A stretch of DNA of 64,000 bases from Nodosilinea sp. (GTDB lineage: Bacteria > Cyanobacteriota > Cyanobacteriia > Phormidesmidales > Phormidesmidaceae). Each line of letters opens with the position of its first letter. The first letter of the stretch is position 1. Where the stretch lies: contig JBGSNT010000290.1 of the NCBI GenBank assembly GCA_041739575.1, positions 9 through 64,008 on the forward strand. The letters run 5' to 3'. The notes below the pieces were generated by a model. That model saw only the letters and a program-made list of their open reading frames with translations, was not told the origin of the DNA and did no database searches. Position numbers and translations under genes: made by a program. Positions 1 through 9,605 of this stretch are shown here, piece after piece.

Positions 1-273
1 ATCTAGGCCCAAAACGCGATCGCTCACCCGATCCTTAGCGGTAAGCAACAAAATAGGCAGCTGATAACCCTGGTGGCGCAGCCGCTTGCAGACGCTTATA
101 CCATCGATGGCAGGAATATCGATGTCTAGTACCAAGAGGTCATAGTGCCATTGCTCGGTTAAGGCCAGGGCCGACGGGCCATCTACGGCAACTTCAACGG
201 TATGTTCAGCGCCCAGGGCCCGCTCGAGCAGGAGGCGAATGGCTGGGTCATCCTCCACCAATAAGATTTTCAC
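1..273 (-). CDS. Response-regulator receiver domain, N-terminal part of an OmpR-type regulator; the gene runs off the left edge of the window
   Basis: My own reverse translation from GTG (273-271): VKILLVEDDPAIRLLLERALGAEHTVEVAVDGPSALALTEQWHYDLLVLDIDIPAIDGISVCKRLRHQGYQLPILLLTAKDRVSDRVLGLD. It has the acidic pair, the acceptor Asp (LLVLDIDIP) and the LLTAK motif. It is absent from the ORF track because no stop lies inside the window. Confidence 0.8.
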   Translation of the reverse strand, partial: MKILLVEDDPAIRLLLERALGAEHTVEVAVDGPSALALTEQWHYDLLVLDIDIPAIDGISVCKRLRHQGYQLPILLLTAKDRVSDRVLGLD

Positions 274-562
274 AGGGTGCCGAGCTGCTTTAGGGGCAAG
301 GGAAATTCAAGGGCCTAGGGGAGCGGCGATCGGAGCAGGGAAAAGGCCCCTCGATCCTATGCCTATTGCATCACTAAAGGGAGGAACTTTAAGTAGTCTT
401 TGATGCGGCTCGGTGCAGTATTGGAGGGGAAAGCCACCGGCTATTTTCAGCGTCAATGCTGGCTGGCGATCCCAATTCTGGCGGAGTAGATACCGTTTAG
501 CCTACCTTGGGAGATCTATTACCCAGCGGGGCTGGGAGACAGGAGAGTGGCAGAGTACCCCA

Positions 563-811
563 TTAAAGCGCGGCGGCAGGTACCTCGAGCCACCCAGCGC
601 TGAGCACTACCGTAAGCCCCATAAACAGCACGGTCAAGGTCCAGGTGACGCGGTTGAGGGTGGTTTCGGCACTTTTTGTGCTGGTAAAAAGCTGGGCCTG
701 CCCGCCCAGGCCGCCCAGGCCATCGCCCTTAGGGCTGTGCAGCAGCACTAGGGTGGTGAGACCCACCGCAGCAACCATCCAGATAACCTTCAAAATAGTG
801 GTGATTAGCAT
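563..811 (-). CDS. secG: Preprotein translocase subunit SecG
   Basis: 82-aa two-TM protein with the central Gly-rich loop HSPKGDGLGGLGG and a TSTKSAETTLNRVTW segment, typical of SecG. It lies next to gpmI. Confidence 0.75.
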   Translation of the reverse strand: MLITTILKVIWMVAAVGLTTLVLLHSPKGDGLGGLGGQAQLFTSTKSAETTLNRVTWTLTVLFMGLTVVLSAGWLEVPAAAL

Positions 812-1032
812 CGCGTTTTAAGACTAACCTGCTTGAAATAATGGGGTGGGCGGGAAAAAAGAAACTAGGGCGAGGGACCGGTTAAGTTGCCGCGATCGCC
901 GCAATTCTCACTATACCCCAAGCCCTACGCTCCTAGGAGAGTGAGTCCGTGGCCATCGCCTTTGGGTAGGGCCAGTGTTTGATCTGGGAGTTGGAACTAT
1001 CCTCTGGGAAACATCTCCACCCCAGCAACGGT

Positions 1033-2631
1033 CTAGATGGAGAGCTTCACGGGGGTGCGATTTCTGCGGATCTCCACATCGGCGGGGAGGAACATCGATC
1101 GCCCGGTCATTTCCTGGGGCTGGGGCAGGCCCAGAATTTGCAAAATGGTGGGGGCAATGTCAGACAGTCGCCCATCCTCCCTCAGGTTGACGTCGCCGCC
1201 GTAGGCCGACACCTTCAACTTTTCGCCCTCCACCAGAATAAAGGGCACTGGGTTGGTGGTGTGGGCGGTCCAGGGCTTGTGATTTTCGTCCCACATCAGC
1301 TCAGCGTTGCCATGGTCAGCAATGATAATGGCGGTGCCGCCCGCTTTGCCGACGCTTTCAATTAAGCGACCCAGGGCTTGGTCAACGGACTGCAGAGCGG
1401 TTATGGTGGCGTCCATCTGGCCGGTGTGGCCCACCATATCGGGGTTGGCGTAGTTGATCACCACCAGGGAGTAAATCCCTTTTTCGATGGCGGCCATGGC
1501 AGTCTGGGTGACCGCCTCCGCCGACATGGCTGGGGCCCTGTCGTAGGTCGCCACCATGGGGCTAGACACCAGTTCTCGATCTTCACCTTCGAGGGGGTCT
1601 TCTAGACCTCCGTTAAAAAAGTAGGTGACGTGGGCGTACTTCTCAGTTTCGGCGGTGCGGAACTGCTTAAGCCCATGGTTGGCGACCACTTCACCCAAAA
1701 TGTTGCTCAAATTCTGGGGCTGAAACGCTACCTTAACAGGCATCTCCGGGTCGTACTGGGTCATAGTGACCAGGTCGAGCGGGGTAATCAGGTCACGCTC
1801 AAAGCCCTTGAAGTTGGGGTCTACCAAAGCCTGGGTGAGCTGCCGGGCGCGGTCGGGGCGGAAATTGAAGAAAATTATGCCGTCCTCGGGAGCGATCGCA
1901 CCGGGGGCCAGGCGCACCGGCTCCACAAACTCATCGTTAATGTCTTCGGCGTAGGAGGCCAAGAGGGCTTCCATAGCGGTTTGGCCGCTGCCCTCGCCCG
2001 GATCGGTCATTACCCGGTAGGCCTTCTCAACTCGATCCCAGCGGTTGTCTCGGTCCATGGCATAGTAGCGACCGCTGAGGGTGACTAGCCGCCCGAGCCC
2101 GAGCTGATCCACAAAGTCCTGTATGTGTTGCACCGCCACTTTGCCTTCGGTGGGCTTGGTGTCGCGGCCATCGGTAATGACGTGAAGGCAAACCTCGTCA
2201 ATGTCTTGGGCTTTGGCCATCTCTAGTAGACCAAACAGGTGCATGAGGTGAGAATGCACGCCGCCCTCAGAGCATAGGCCAATCAAATGTAGTTTGCTGT
2301 TGCGGTAGCGCACCGTCTGACAAACCTCCAGCAAGGCCTCATTTTCTTGCAGAGTACCGTCTTCTACCGCATCGGAGATGCGGACCAATTCCTGGGGCAC
2401 AATGCGCCCGGCCCCAATGTTGAGATGACCTACCTCAGAGTTACCCATTTGGCCGTCTGGTAACCCTACATCCTTGCCGGAGGTGCGAATTAGGGTATGG
2501 GGATAGGCCGCCCACAAACTGTCCATCACCGGGGTCTTAGCGGCGGCAACGGCGTTGCCATCGGTATTTTCCCGATATCCCCAGCCATCGAGGATAATCA
2601 ACACCATTGGCGGGATTGACGTTTGACTCAT
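1033..2631 (-). CDS. gpmI: 2,3-bisphosphoglycerate-independent phosphoglycerate mutase
   Basis: 532 aa, starting MVLIILDGWGYRE. Contains GNSEVGHLNIGAGR and ADHGNAE motifs, full-length iPGM. Confidence 0.95.
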   Translation of the reverse strand: MSQTSIPPMVLIILDGWGYRENTDGNAVAAAKTPVMDSLWAAYPHTLIRTSGKDVGLPDGQMGNSEVGHLNIGAGRIVPQELVRISDAVEDGTLQENEALLEVCQTVRYRNSKLHLIGLCSEGGVHSHLMHLFGLLEMAKAQDIDEVCLHVITDGRDTKPTEGKVAVQHIQDFVDQLGLGRLVTLSGRYYAMDRDNRWDRVEKAYRVMTDPGEGSGQTAMEALLASYAEDINDEFVEPVRLAPGAIAPEDGIIFFNFRPDRARQLTQALVDPNFKGFERDLITPLDLVTMTQYDPEMPVKVAFQPQNLSNILGEVVANHGLKQFRTAETEKYAHVTYFFNGGLEDPLEGEDRELVSSPMVATYDRAPAMSAEAVTQTAMAAIEKGIYSLVVINYANPDMVGHTGQMDATITALQSVDQALGRLIESVGKAGGTAIIIADHGNAELMWDENHKPWTAHTTNPVPFILVEGEKLKVSAYGGDVNLREDGRLSDIAPTILQILGLPQPQEMTGRSMFLPADVEIRRNRTPVKLSI

Positions 2632-2935
2632 GGGTAATAATCCTTGGGACTTGGACTAACGTCTTTGCGATCATACCATCCAAAAATTGAGCTCCATTGC
2701 TGGGCCGGAGCATTGCTGAATGGCCTCTGAAAGGGCAGCGATAGAAAACTAATCGCACCGAATAAATGCTTTAAAAATGCGCCTGTGGAGATTGCACCTA
2801 GCCAGTGAGCGGGGCGTGACGATATAACCACAACCTAGTCGATCGATTCAGATCTGTCGATCTACAGACCCTAGGCCTAGAAAAAAAAATTTATAAGAGG
2901 CATATTACTCTACAAACGCCTCATTTTGTAAGTCT

Positions 2936-4645
2936 TCATTTTGATGTGCTGGCTTTGCGCTTGGCCTGTTGCTGTTGGCGCTTGGCCTCTGCTTTGGCTT
3001 TCTTCTCAGCGGCAATGGCGGCCTGCTGAGCCGCTGCCGCTTCTTCAGCCACCTTGTCGAGGTAGTAGTGATAATCGCCACGGTACAGACGCAGTTCGCC
3101 GTCGCGAATCTCAACGATTTTGGTGGCTACACGGGAGATAAAGTAGCGATCGTGGGAGACCAGCAGTACGGTGCCGTCGTAGTGTTGCAGAGCCTCCTCT
3201 AGCATTTCCTTGGCTGGAATATCGAGGTGATTGGTGGGCTCGTCGAGCATCATCAGGTTGGCAGGGCGCAGCAGCATTTTGGCCAGGGCCAGGCGCGCCT
3301 TTTCGCCGCCGCTGAGGGCCTTGACCTGTTTAAAGGCCATGTCGCCGGTGAACAAAAACCGCCCCAGTAGGGTGCGCACCTCTTCGTTGGTCCAATCGGG
3401 CACCTCGTCGTGGATGGTAGCGATGACGGTTTTCTCCAGGTCGAGCGCTTCGGCCTGGTTTTGCTCAAAATAGCTGGGGATCACGTTGTGGTTGCCCATT
3501 TCCACCTGGCCGTCAGCGGGGGGTTCGAGCCCGGCGATCATGCGCAGTAGGGTCGATTTGCCCGCGCCGTTGTGGCCCAAAAAGGCGATGCGATCGCCCC
3601 GTTCGATCAGCAGGTTTGCCCCCAGAAACAAAATCTTCTCGTCGTAGTTGTGGGTGAGGTCGGTAATAGTCACCACCTCACGACCGCTGCGAGGGGCGGG
3701 GGGAAAGCGAAAGTGAAGCGTGCGCACGCTGCCCGTAGGGGCCTCAATACGCTCAACCTTATCCAGCTGCTTTTCACGGCTTTTGGCCTGGGTGCTGCGG
3801 GTGGCGCTGGCCCGGAAGCGATCGACAAAGGCCTGCTGCTTGGCGATTTCCTTTTGCTGACGCTCGTAGGTGCTGAGCTGGGCGGCCAGGCTTTCTTCTT
3901 TTTGGGTCAGGTAGGCGGTGTAATTGCCCAAGTAGGTGGAGGAGACGCCCCGCTCGGTTTCGACGATCTGGGTGCAGAGGCGATCGAGAAACTCGCGATC
4001 GTGGGAGACGATCACCATGGGGGTGGTGAGCTTTTTAAGGTAGCCCTCGAGCCACTCAATGGTGTCGAGGTCGAGGTGGTTGGTGGGCTCGTCCAGCAGC
4101 AGCACGTCGGGGGCTTGCAGCAGAATCTTGCCCAGGCCCATGCGCATCTGCCAGCCGCCGCTAAACTCACTGACGTAGCGATCGCCATCGCTAGCCTCAA
4201 ATCCCATCTCCGGCAAAATTTTCTCAATCTGCGACTCTAGGCCGTAGCCACCCAGGGCATCAAACCGCCGCTGCTGCTTGTCCAGCTCGTGGATCAGTCG
4301 ATCAAGCTCCTCGGGATCGGCCTGCTCCATCAGCGTGGGAATGTGGTGTAGCTTCGACTGCACCTCGTTGGCTTCTTTAAATACGGTCCAAAATTCGTCG
4401 CGCACGGTGTGGCTGGGGTCGACCTCAAACTCCTGGGAGAGATAGGCAATCTTGAGGTCGGCAGGGCGAATGATGGTGCCCGTGGTGGGCTCAATCTTGC
4501 CGGTGATGATTTTGAGCTGGGTCGACTTACCCGCGCCGTTGACGCCGACTAGGCCAATGCGATCGCCGGTCTTGACCTCCCAATTCACATCCTTGAGAAC
4601 TTCCCCGGTGGGATAAATTTTGCTGATGTGCTCTAAACGCAGCAT
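2936..4645 (-). CDS. ABC-F family ATPase with two ABC cassettes (Uup/YheS-like translation factor type)
   Basis: Two Walker A sites (GVNGAGKST, GHNGAGKST) and two LSGG signatures, no TM domain, Lys/Ala/Gln-rich C-terminal tail. Start trimmed to the ATG at 4645 (MLRLEHISKIYP); the track ORF extends to 4729. Confidence 0.9.
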   Translation of the reverse strand: MLRLEHISKIYPTGEVLKDVNWEVKTGDRIGLVGVNGAGKSTQLKIITGKIEPTTGTIIRPADLKIAYLSQEFEVDPSHTVRDEFWTVFKEANEVQSKLHHIPTLMEQADPEELDRLIHELDKQQRRFDALGGYGLESQIEKILPEMGFEASDGDRYVSEFSGGWQMRMGLGKILLQAPDVLLLDEPTNHLDLDTIEWLEGYLKKLTTPMVIVSHDREFLDRLCTQIVETERGVSSTYLGNYTAYLTQKEESLAAQLSTYERQQKEIAKQQAFVDRFRASATRSTQAKSREKQLDKVERIEAPTGSVRTLHFRFPPAPRSGREVVTITDLTHNYDEKILFLGANLLIERGDRIAFLGHNGAGKSTLLRMIAGLEPPADGQVEMGNHNVIPSYFEQNQAEALDLEKTVIATIHDEVPDWTNEEVRTLLGRFLFTGDMAFKQVKALSGGEKARLALAKMLLRPANLMMLDEPTNHLDIPAKEMLEEALQHYDGTVLLVSHDRYFISRVATKIVEIRDGELRLYRGDYHYYLDKVAEEAAAAQQAAIAAEKKAKAEAKRQQQQAKRKASTSK

Positions 4646-4752
4646 GGGGAAGCTCCAAGGGTGAGGAGTAAACGAATCTTTACCAAAGGTAACGAAAAAG
4701 GGGGCCGGGTTGTCAAATCCCGGCCCCAATGGCGTCGCGATGCGAATATGCC

Positions 4753-6051
4753 CTATAGCGTCAGCGACTGGGGCTTGTTCTCAATCACATCGGCCAGATC
4801 CTTCAGGAATGCAGCGGCGTCGGCGCCGTAAATGACCCGGTGGTCGCAGGTAAGGTTGACCTGCATCTGCCGCTTCACCCCCATGAGGCCGTCCGCGGTG
4901 GCCACCACCGTGGGGCGAGAGGCACCGATCGCCAAAATTGACCCCTGCCCCGGCGGCAAAATGGCATCAAAGCGGTCGACCCCAAACATGCCCAGGTTTG
5001 ACAGGGTAAAGGTGCCCGAGTTGTACTCATCGGGCTGCAGCTGCTTGGTGCGCGATCGCGCCACCAGATCGGCCCAGGTGCGCGACAGTGAATAGATGTC
5101 GGACTGGTCAGCCTGCTGGAGCACCGGGGTAATCAGCCCGCCGCCCTCCATGGCCACGGCCACCGCGATATTGATGCCGGCCCGGTACTGAATGCCCTGG
5201 TCGGTATAGGCCGCATTGAGCAGGGGGTGCTTTTGGAGGGTAACGGCGACGGCCTTGGCCAGCAGCCCGGTCATAGTCACCCCCTTGGATTTGATCTGCT
5301 TGTAGAGGGCATCCAGGCTGTCGGTGGTAATGGTGTAGCCGACGTGGAAGGTAGGCACCGTCAGGCTGACCATCATATTGCGAATGACCGCCTGCTGGAG
5401 CGTATTGAAGGGCACCACCTGGCCCAGGGGTGCCGCACTGGGGGCCGGTGCCGCAGGGGCCGCCGCCGGGGGTGCCGTTACAGCTACGACCGGAGGGGCC
5501 GCCGGGGATGCCACGGGGGCTACAGGAGTGGGCGTTTTACCAGCCGCCAGTTCCACATCCTGGGCCACAATGCGGCCGTGGGGGCCACTGCCCTGGAGGG
5601 TGGCCAGGTCGATCTTGAGTTCTTTAGCTAGCTTGCGGGCACGGGGCGAAATCACCACTCGACCGCTGCGAGCGGCTGCGGTCGCGCCGTTGTGGCCCAC
5701 AGGAGCCGGAGCAGCGGCCACAGCCACAGGGGCAGGGGCCGCAGGGGCCGTGTCACCCCCGGCAGCACTAGCCTTAGCGGCGGCCTGTTGCTTGGCGGCT
5801 TCAACTTCGGCCTCGGTTTCAGCCAGCAGGGCGATCGCCTCCCCCACCGGGGCAGTGCCGCCCGCTTCGACCACAATGGCGGCTAGAATCCCCTCGTGGA
5901 ACGACTCCACATCCATGTCGGCCTTGTCAGACTCAACAATCACCACGGTTTCGCCCTTTTCTATTCGGTCGCCGGGGGCTTTGACCCAAGACACGATCTT
6001 GCCTTCGGTCATGGTTGAACTGAGGGCGGGCATGAAGACTTCGCGAATCAT
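4753..6051 (-). CDS. pdhC: Dihydrolipoamide acetyltransferase, E2 component of pyruvate dehydrogenase
   Basis: N-terminal lipoyl domain (VESDKADMDVES), Ala/Pro linkers, E3-binding domain (ISPRARKLAKELKIDL), catalytic domain with DHRVIYGADAA. Confidence 0.9.
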   Translation of the reverse strand: MIREVFMPALSSTMTEGKIVSWVKAPGDRIEKGETVVIVESDKADMDVESFHEGILAAIVVEAGGTAPVGEAIALLAETEAEVEAAKQQAAAKASAAGGDTAPAAPAPVAVAAAPAPVGHNGATAAARSGRVVISPRARKLAKELKIDLATLQGSGPHGRIVAQDVELAAGKTPTPVAPVASPAAPPVVAVTAPPAAAPAAPAPSAAPLGQVVPFNTLQQAVIRNMMVSLTVPTFHVGYTITTDSLDALYKQIKSKGVTMTGLLAKAVAVTLQKHPLLNAAYTDQGIQYRAGINIAVAVAMEGGGLITPVLQQADQSDIYSLSRTWADLVARSRTKQLQPDEYNSGTFTLSNLGMFGVDRFDAILPPGQGSILAIGASRPTVVATADGLMGVKRQMQVNLTCDHRVIYGADAAAFLKDLADVIENKPQSLTL

Positions 6052-6186
6052 GGAGGTGGCTTCCGAAACAGAGTAAAAACGACGGGGCAGCAGAGATGCC
6101 AGGATTTATTCTATCCCCAAGGCTGAACCATCAGACCGTTAAAACGTTTGAACGCCCTAACGTTATTAATGAGCAATGGGCCTAGA

Positions 6187-6636
6187 TTACAGCTCGCCCC
6201 GAATTTCTTGGATCACGCCGTCCTTAATCAGGAGCTCGACCTGGAGCTTGCGCACTAGGTTGTCGCCGACGGCCACGTTAAAGAAGCTCTCCACTTTACC
6301 CTGCTCTACTTCGGTATCCATGGCCAGGGTTTGCACCTCTTGGAGCTGCTGTAGGCTCTGGTTTTTTTGCTGAAGCAGCTTGCTCTTGTCCTGGTTGAGC
6401 TGGTTTTGAACACTGCCCATCTGCTGCTGAATAGCGGCGCTGCTGGGCTGGGTTTCAGCCTGTTTTTGCAGTTCGGCCACCATCCGCTGACCCTGCATTT
6501 CCAGCTGCTGGAGGCGACCATCCACCTGGTTGATTTGGGCTTGCAGCTGTTTTTGAGCTTCCTCTTTCCAGAGGGGGGTGACAATGGCCTTGATATTGAC
6601 GACCCGCTTTAACAGCAACGATTGATTCTCATCCAT
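6187..6636 (-). CDS. YlqD-like coiled-coil protein (conserved hypothetical)
   Basis: Gln-rich coiled-coil core and a C-terminal VGDNLVRKLQVELLIKDGVIQEI segment. Start set at the ATG at 6636 (MDENQS). An alternative ATG at 6714 would add a hydrophobic N-terminus. Confidence 0.5.
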   Translation of the reverse strand: MDENQSLLLKRVVNIKAIVTPLWKEEAQKQLQAQINQVDGRLQQLEMQGQRMVAELQKQAETQPSSAAIQQQMGSVQNQLNQDKSKLLQQKNQSLQQLQEVQTLAMDTEVEQGKVESFFNVAVGDNLVRKLQVELLIKDGVIQEIRGEL

Positions 6637-6750
6637 AATCTTGACGGTAGTAAAGAAATCACCAATAACTAATACGACCACCGCAGCCAGTGGCCGGAAT
6701 ATTCCACAGGGCATAGCCGCAGGTTAGTAAAGTCTTTACAGCACCCGCAG

Positions 6751-8721
6751 CTACACAAACATCGCGTCAATCATATCGCGATACCGGTTCGTAACCACGG
6801 GACGGCGGACTTTTAGAGTTTGGGTGAGCAGGCCATTTTCAACGGAAAAAGGCTCCAAAATCAGCCGAAAGGGGCCAACGCGATCGTCGGGACGGTAGCC
6901 GGGGCGGTCTTTGACCTCCCGGGTCATTTCGTCGCGGAACAGCTTTTGGACCCGCTCATCCTCCAGGGTGATAGCCAGGCAATCGGTGGGGGCAGGGGCC
7001 TGATCTCCCGGTACGGCAATGAAGAGTGACTGAGCCAGCGCCCAGGCCTGCAGGGCTTCTAGATTCGGCACGACCAGGGCACCCAGCGATCGCTGATCCT
7101 GTCCCACCAGCATGATTTGATCAATGTATTTGCTGCGAATGCAGGCGTCCTCAATGGGCTGGGGTTCAATGTTTTCGCCGTTGGTTAGCACAATGGTGTC
7201 CTTGGCCCGACCGGTGAGCACCACGTTGCCGTCGCGGCTGATCCAGCCCAGATCACCGGTGTCAAACCAGCCCTCGGGGTCGATGGCCTTTTGGGTCGCC
7301 TCAGGGTTGCGGTAGTAGCCCGCCATAATTTGCGGCCCCCGTGCCAGCACCAGGCCCCGGTCTCCCTGGGGCAGCTCCTGACGAGTTTCGAGATCCACCA
7401 CCTTGAGCTCGGTAAAGGGTATGGGCTGCCCCGCCGCCCCGCGCAAATTGCGCCAGGGGCGGCGGGCCGAAAGCACGGGTGCCGTTTCGGTGAGCCCGTA
7501 GCCCACCAGCAGTGGGACGCCGATAATTTCAAAAAAAATATCGATGTGGCGGGCTAAGGATCCACCCCCGCTGATCAGCTGTTTGACCCGGCCGCCAGTC
7601 GCCTCCCGCACCTTGCCGTAGACCAGTTTCTTGCCCAGCTGGTGCAGGGGCCACAGGGTTAGCGCCACCAGCCCCGACCACAGCCGCTGGACCGAGGATA
7701 GGTTGGGCTCGTCCAGTTTCATATCCTGGTAGCGCCAGAGATTCTCGACGTAGCGCTGGCTGAGGCCAAAGAACGTGAAAATCAACTTTTGTTTGCCGGG
7801 GCTTTGCTCCCGAAACTGCTTCTGGGCTCCTTCGTAGATCGACTCCCACAGACGGGGTACGCCCACCATATACTGCGGCTTGGCGGTTTTGAGGTCGGTT
7901 TTGAGGTGGCGAATGTTGGTGTAGGTCTGGGTGCAGCCCCGGGACAGCAAAAAGTACTCGGCAGTGCGCTCAAAGCTGTGCCACGAGGGCAAAATGCCGA
8001 TCACCTGATCGCCTGGCTCCGGCTGCACCACCGATTCTAGGGTGTTGATCTGATGGAGCAGGTTGCGATGGCTGAGCATTACCCCCTTGGGCTGGCCCGT
8101 GGTGCCCGAGGTGTAGATCAGGGTGGCTAGGTCTGCCGGGGTAACAATGACCGGGCTGTAGGGGCGATCGGCCCCCAGGGCCATGAGTTGGCCATAGTTA
8201 AGAATTTTGAGGCGGTCGTCGGCGGGAGGTTCCTCATCCGACAGGAGAATAACCAGGGGAATGGGCAGGGTGTCGAGGCGATCGCGCAGTCGCTTGAACA
8301 GCGCCACGGTCTCCACCACCAGCACCGTGCTCTCGCTGTGCTCGGCGATGTAGAGTAGCTCTTCCTTCTCGGCGGTGGCGCTGCGCACGGCGTTCATGCC
8401 GCCGGCGGTCATAATGCCCTGGTCGGCGATGAACCAGCGGTGGCTGTTGTCGGCAAATAGGGCCACATGGGTGCGATTTTCGACCCCCAGAGCCTGCAAT
8501 CCGCTGGCAAAGGTGCGAATGGCCTCGGCCATCTGGCGATAGGTGAGGGTGGCGGCGGGCTTGTAGTGGGGATCGCGTAGGGCGACGAGGTCGCCAAATC
8601 TTTCCGCCACAATGGGCCAGATCCCGTGGAGGGCCTGGAGCTGTTCGTAGGGATTGTGGACTTCTAGGCAGGCGCGATCGCGCTCACGCACCTCTTGCAC
8701 CGCAGTCGTGGATACAGGCAT
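6751..8721 (-). CDS. aas: AMP-dependent long-chain acyl-ACP/CoA synthetase (cyanobacterial Aas type)
   Basis: AMP-binding motif LIYTSGTTGQPKGVMLSHRNL, GYGLTE, and TGDLG...GRAKDTIVL. About 656 aa, the size of cyanobacterial Aas. ATG at 8721 (the track ORF starts at a TTG at 8733). Confidence 0.8.
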   Translation of the reverse strand: MPVSTTAVQEVRERDRACLEVHNPYEQLQALHGIWPIVAERFGDLVALRDPHYKPAATLTYRQMAEAIRTFASGLQALGVENRTHVALFADNSHRWFIADQGIMTAGGMNAVRSATAEKEELLYIAEHSESTVLVVETVALFKRLRDRLDTLPIPLVILLSDEEPPADDRLKILNYGQLMALGADRPYSPVIVTPADLATLIYTSGTTGQPKGVMLSHRNLLHQINTLESVVQPEPGDQVIGILPSWHSFERTAEYFLLSRGCTQTYTNIRHLKTDLKTAKPQYMVGVPRLWESIYEGAQKQFREQSPGKQKLIFTFFGLSQRYVENLWRYQDMKLDEPNLSSVQRLWSGLVALTLWPLHQLGKKLVYGKVREATGGRVKQLISGGGSLARHIDIFFEIIGVPLLVGYGLTETAPVLSARRPWRNLRGAAGQPIPFTELKVVDLETRQELPQGDRGLVLARGPQIMAGYYRNPEATQKAIDPEGWFDTGDLGWISRDGNVVLTGRAKDTIVLTNGENIEPQPIEDACIRSKYIDQIMLVGQDQRSLGALVVPNLEALQAWALAQSLFIAVPGDQAPAPTDCLAITLEDERVQKLFRDEMTREVKDRPGYRPDDRVGPFRLILEPFSVENGLLTQTLKVRRPVVTNRYRDMIDAMFV

Positions 8722-8995
8722 ACCGGCCACCAAAGATTCATGGAAAAGCTTGCGGTTATCCTACCGCAGCCTGGCCTCAGGCTAGCCCTAAAGCTGCTGG
8801 GGTTTAACAATCCCCCCTCCAGAAATTTAACTGGTTGGGCATGGGCAGTCGCTGCGATCGCAACCTTCAGAATATATTCAGCTCACAGTGAGCAGCTTTT
8901 ATCTTTAGCCAAGCAAAATATATAAAGATGGGGGTTCTGCCTCTACCTACCTTGTGTCCCGTTCTGTATCCGAGCCGAGCTCGGCTCAACGTTCA

Positions 8996-9220
8996 ATGTT
9001 ATGCACATCCTGCCGCAACAAGCCCCACTGCCTGGCCGCCCAGCTGGCCCAGGGAGACGCCGCCCTGTCTCGCCTCCTCAGTCAGCTCAAGCACTGTAGC
9101 CTCAAACCCCGCCGCCGTAGTCCCTGGCAGCAGTTGCGGACCTTGTGGCGATGGCTCGGAGGGACCCTGCACGAACCGCTACGCCGCCTCCGGCGTCCTC
9201 CCATGGCACCCAACGACTAA
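8996..9220 (+). CDS. Possible small Cys-containing, Arg-rich protein (74 aa), hypothetical
   Basis: ATG-started ORF MLCTSCRNKPHCLAAQLAQGD... with GC-rich third codon positions. No Shine-Dalgarno. Its 3' end overlaps the convergent cupin gene by 42 nt. Confidence 0.25.
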   Translation: MLCTSCRNKPHCLAAQLAQGDAALSRLLSQLKHCSLKPRRRSPWQQLRTLWRWLGGTLHEPLRRLRRPPMAPND

Positions 9221-9577
9221 TACGAGTTCAAACACCGTCTCGTCCGCCTGCCGCCAGGCAGGGTCCACCAGACAGATGAACACCAGCGGCCCAATGCCCG
9301 TGTTGCGAATGAACTGGCGGGCAGTGGGCGGAATGTAACCTACGTCCCTCGGTTCCACCCCGCAGACCTCGTCATCGATATGCATGTCTTCCTGTCCAGC
9401 CAGGATGTAATACACCTCAGATGTGGCGAGGGCACGGGGGATGGACACCTGATCCACTGGCACCACGGCGTGGGCCAAACTGTAGCGTAGGGAAATGTCC
9501 CGCTTGTCAGGATGCAGCAGCTCCCGCCGCTGGGTGCCGTCCCCAGCCATAAATTCGGGACAGTCGAGCAATTTCAC
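9179..9577 (-). CDS. Cupin domain protein
   Basis: 132 aa. Beta-barrel pattern SEVYYILAGQEDMHIDDEV...GYIPPTARQFIRNTG, typical of cupin_2. Confidence 0.65.
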   Translation of the reverse strand: MKLLDCPEFMAGDGTQRRELLHPDKRDISLRYSLAHAVVPVDQVSIPRALATSEVYYILAGQEDMHIDDEVCGVEPRDVGYIPPTARQFIRNTGIGPLVFICLVDPAWRQADETVFELVLVVGCHGRTPEAA

Positions 9578-9605
9578 GAATCAGTACGGTCAAGGGTACT
9601 TTCGG

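Noticed and set aside
5378-6076. Long antisense ORFs inside well-supported genes. Examples: 5378-6076 opposite pdhC, 3572-4240 opposite the ABC-F gene, 25641-26261 opposite pyk, 36809-37273 opposite the SEDS gene, 46326-46931 opposite the hydrolase gene.
   Set aside because: They are low-complexity Ala/Gly/Arg/Pro-rich translations, typical of the reverse strand of GC-rich genes. They have no recognisable domains, and each is fully contained in a gene with strong homology-type evidence.
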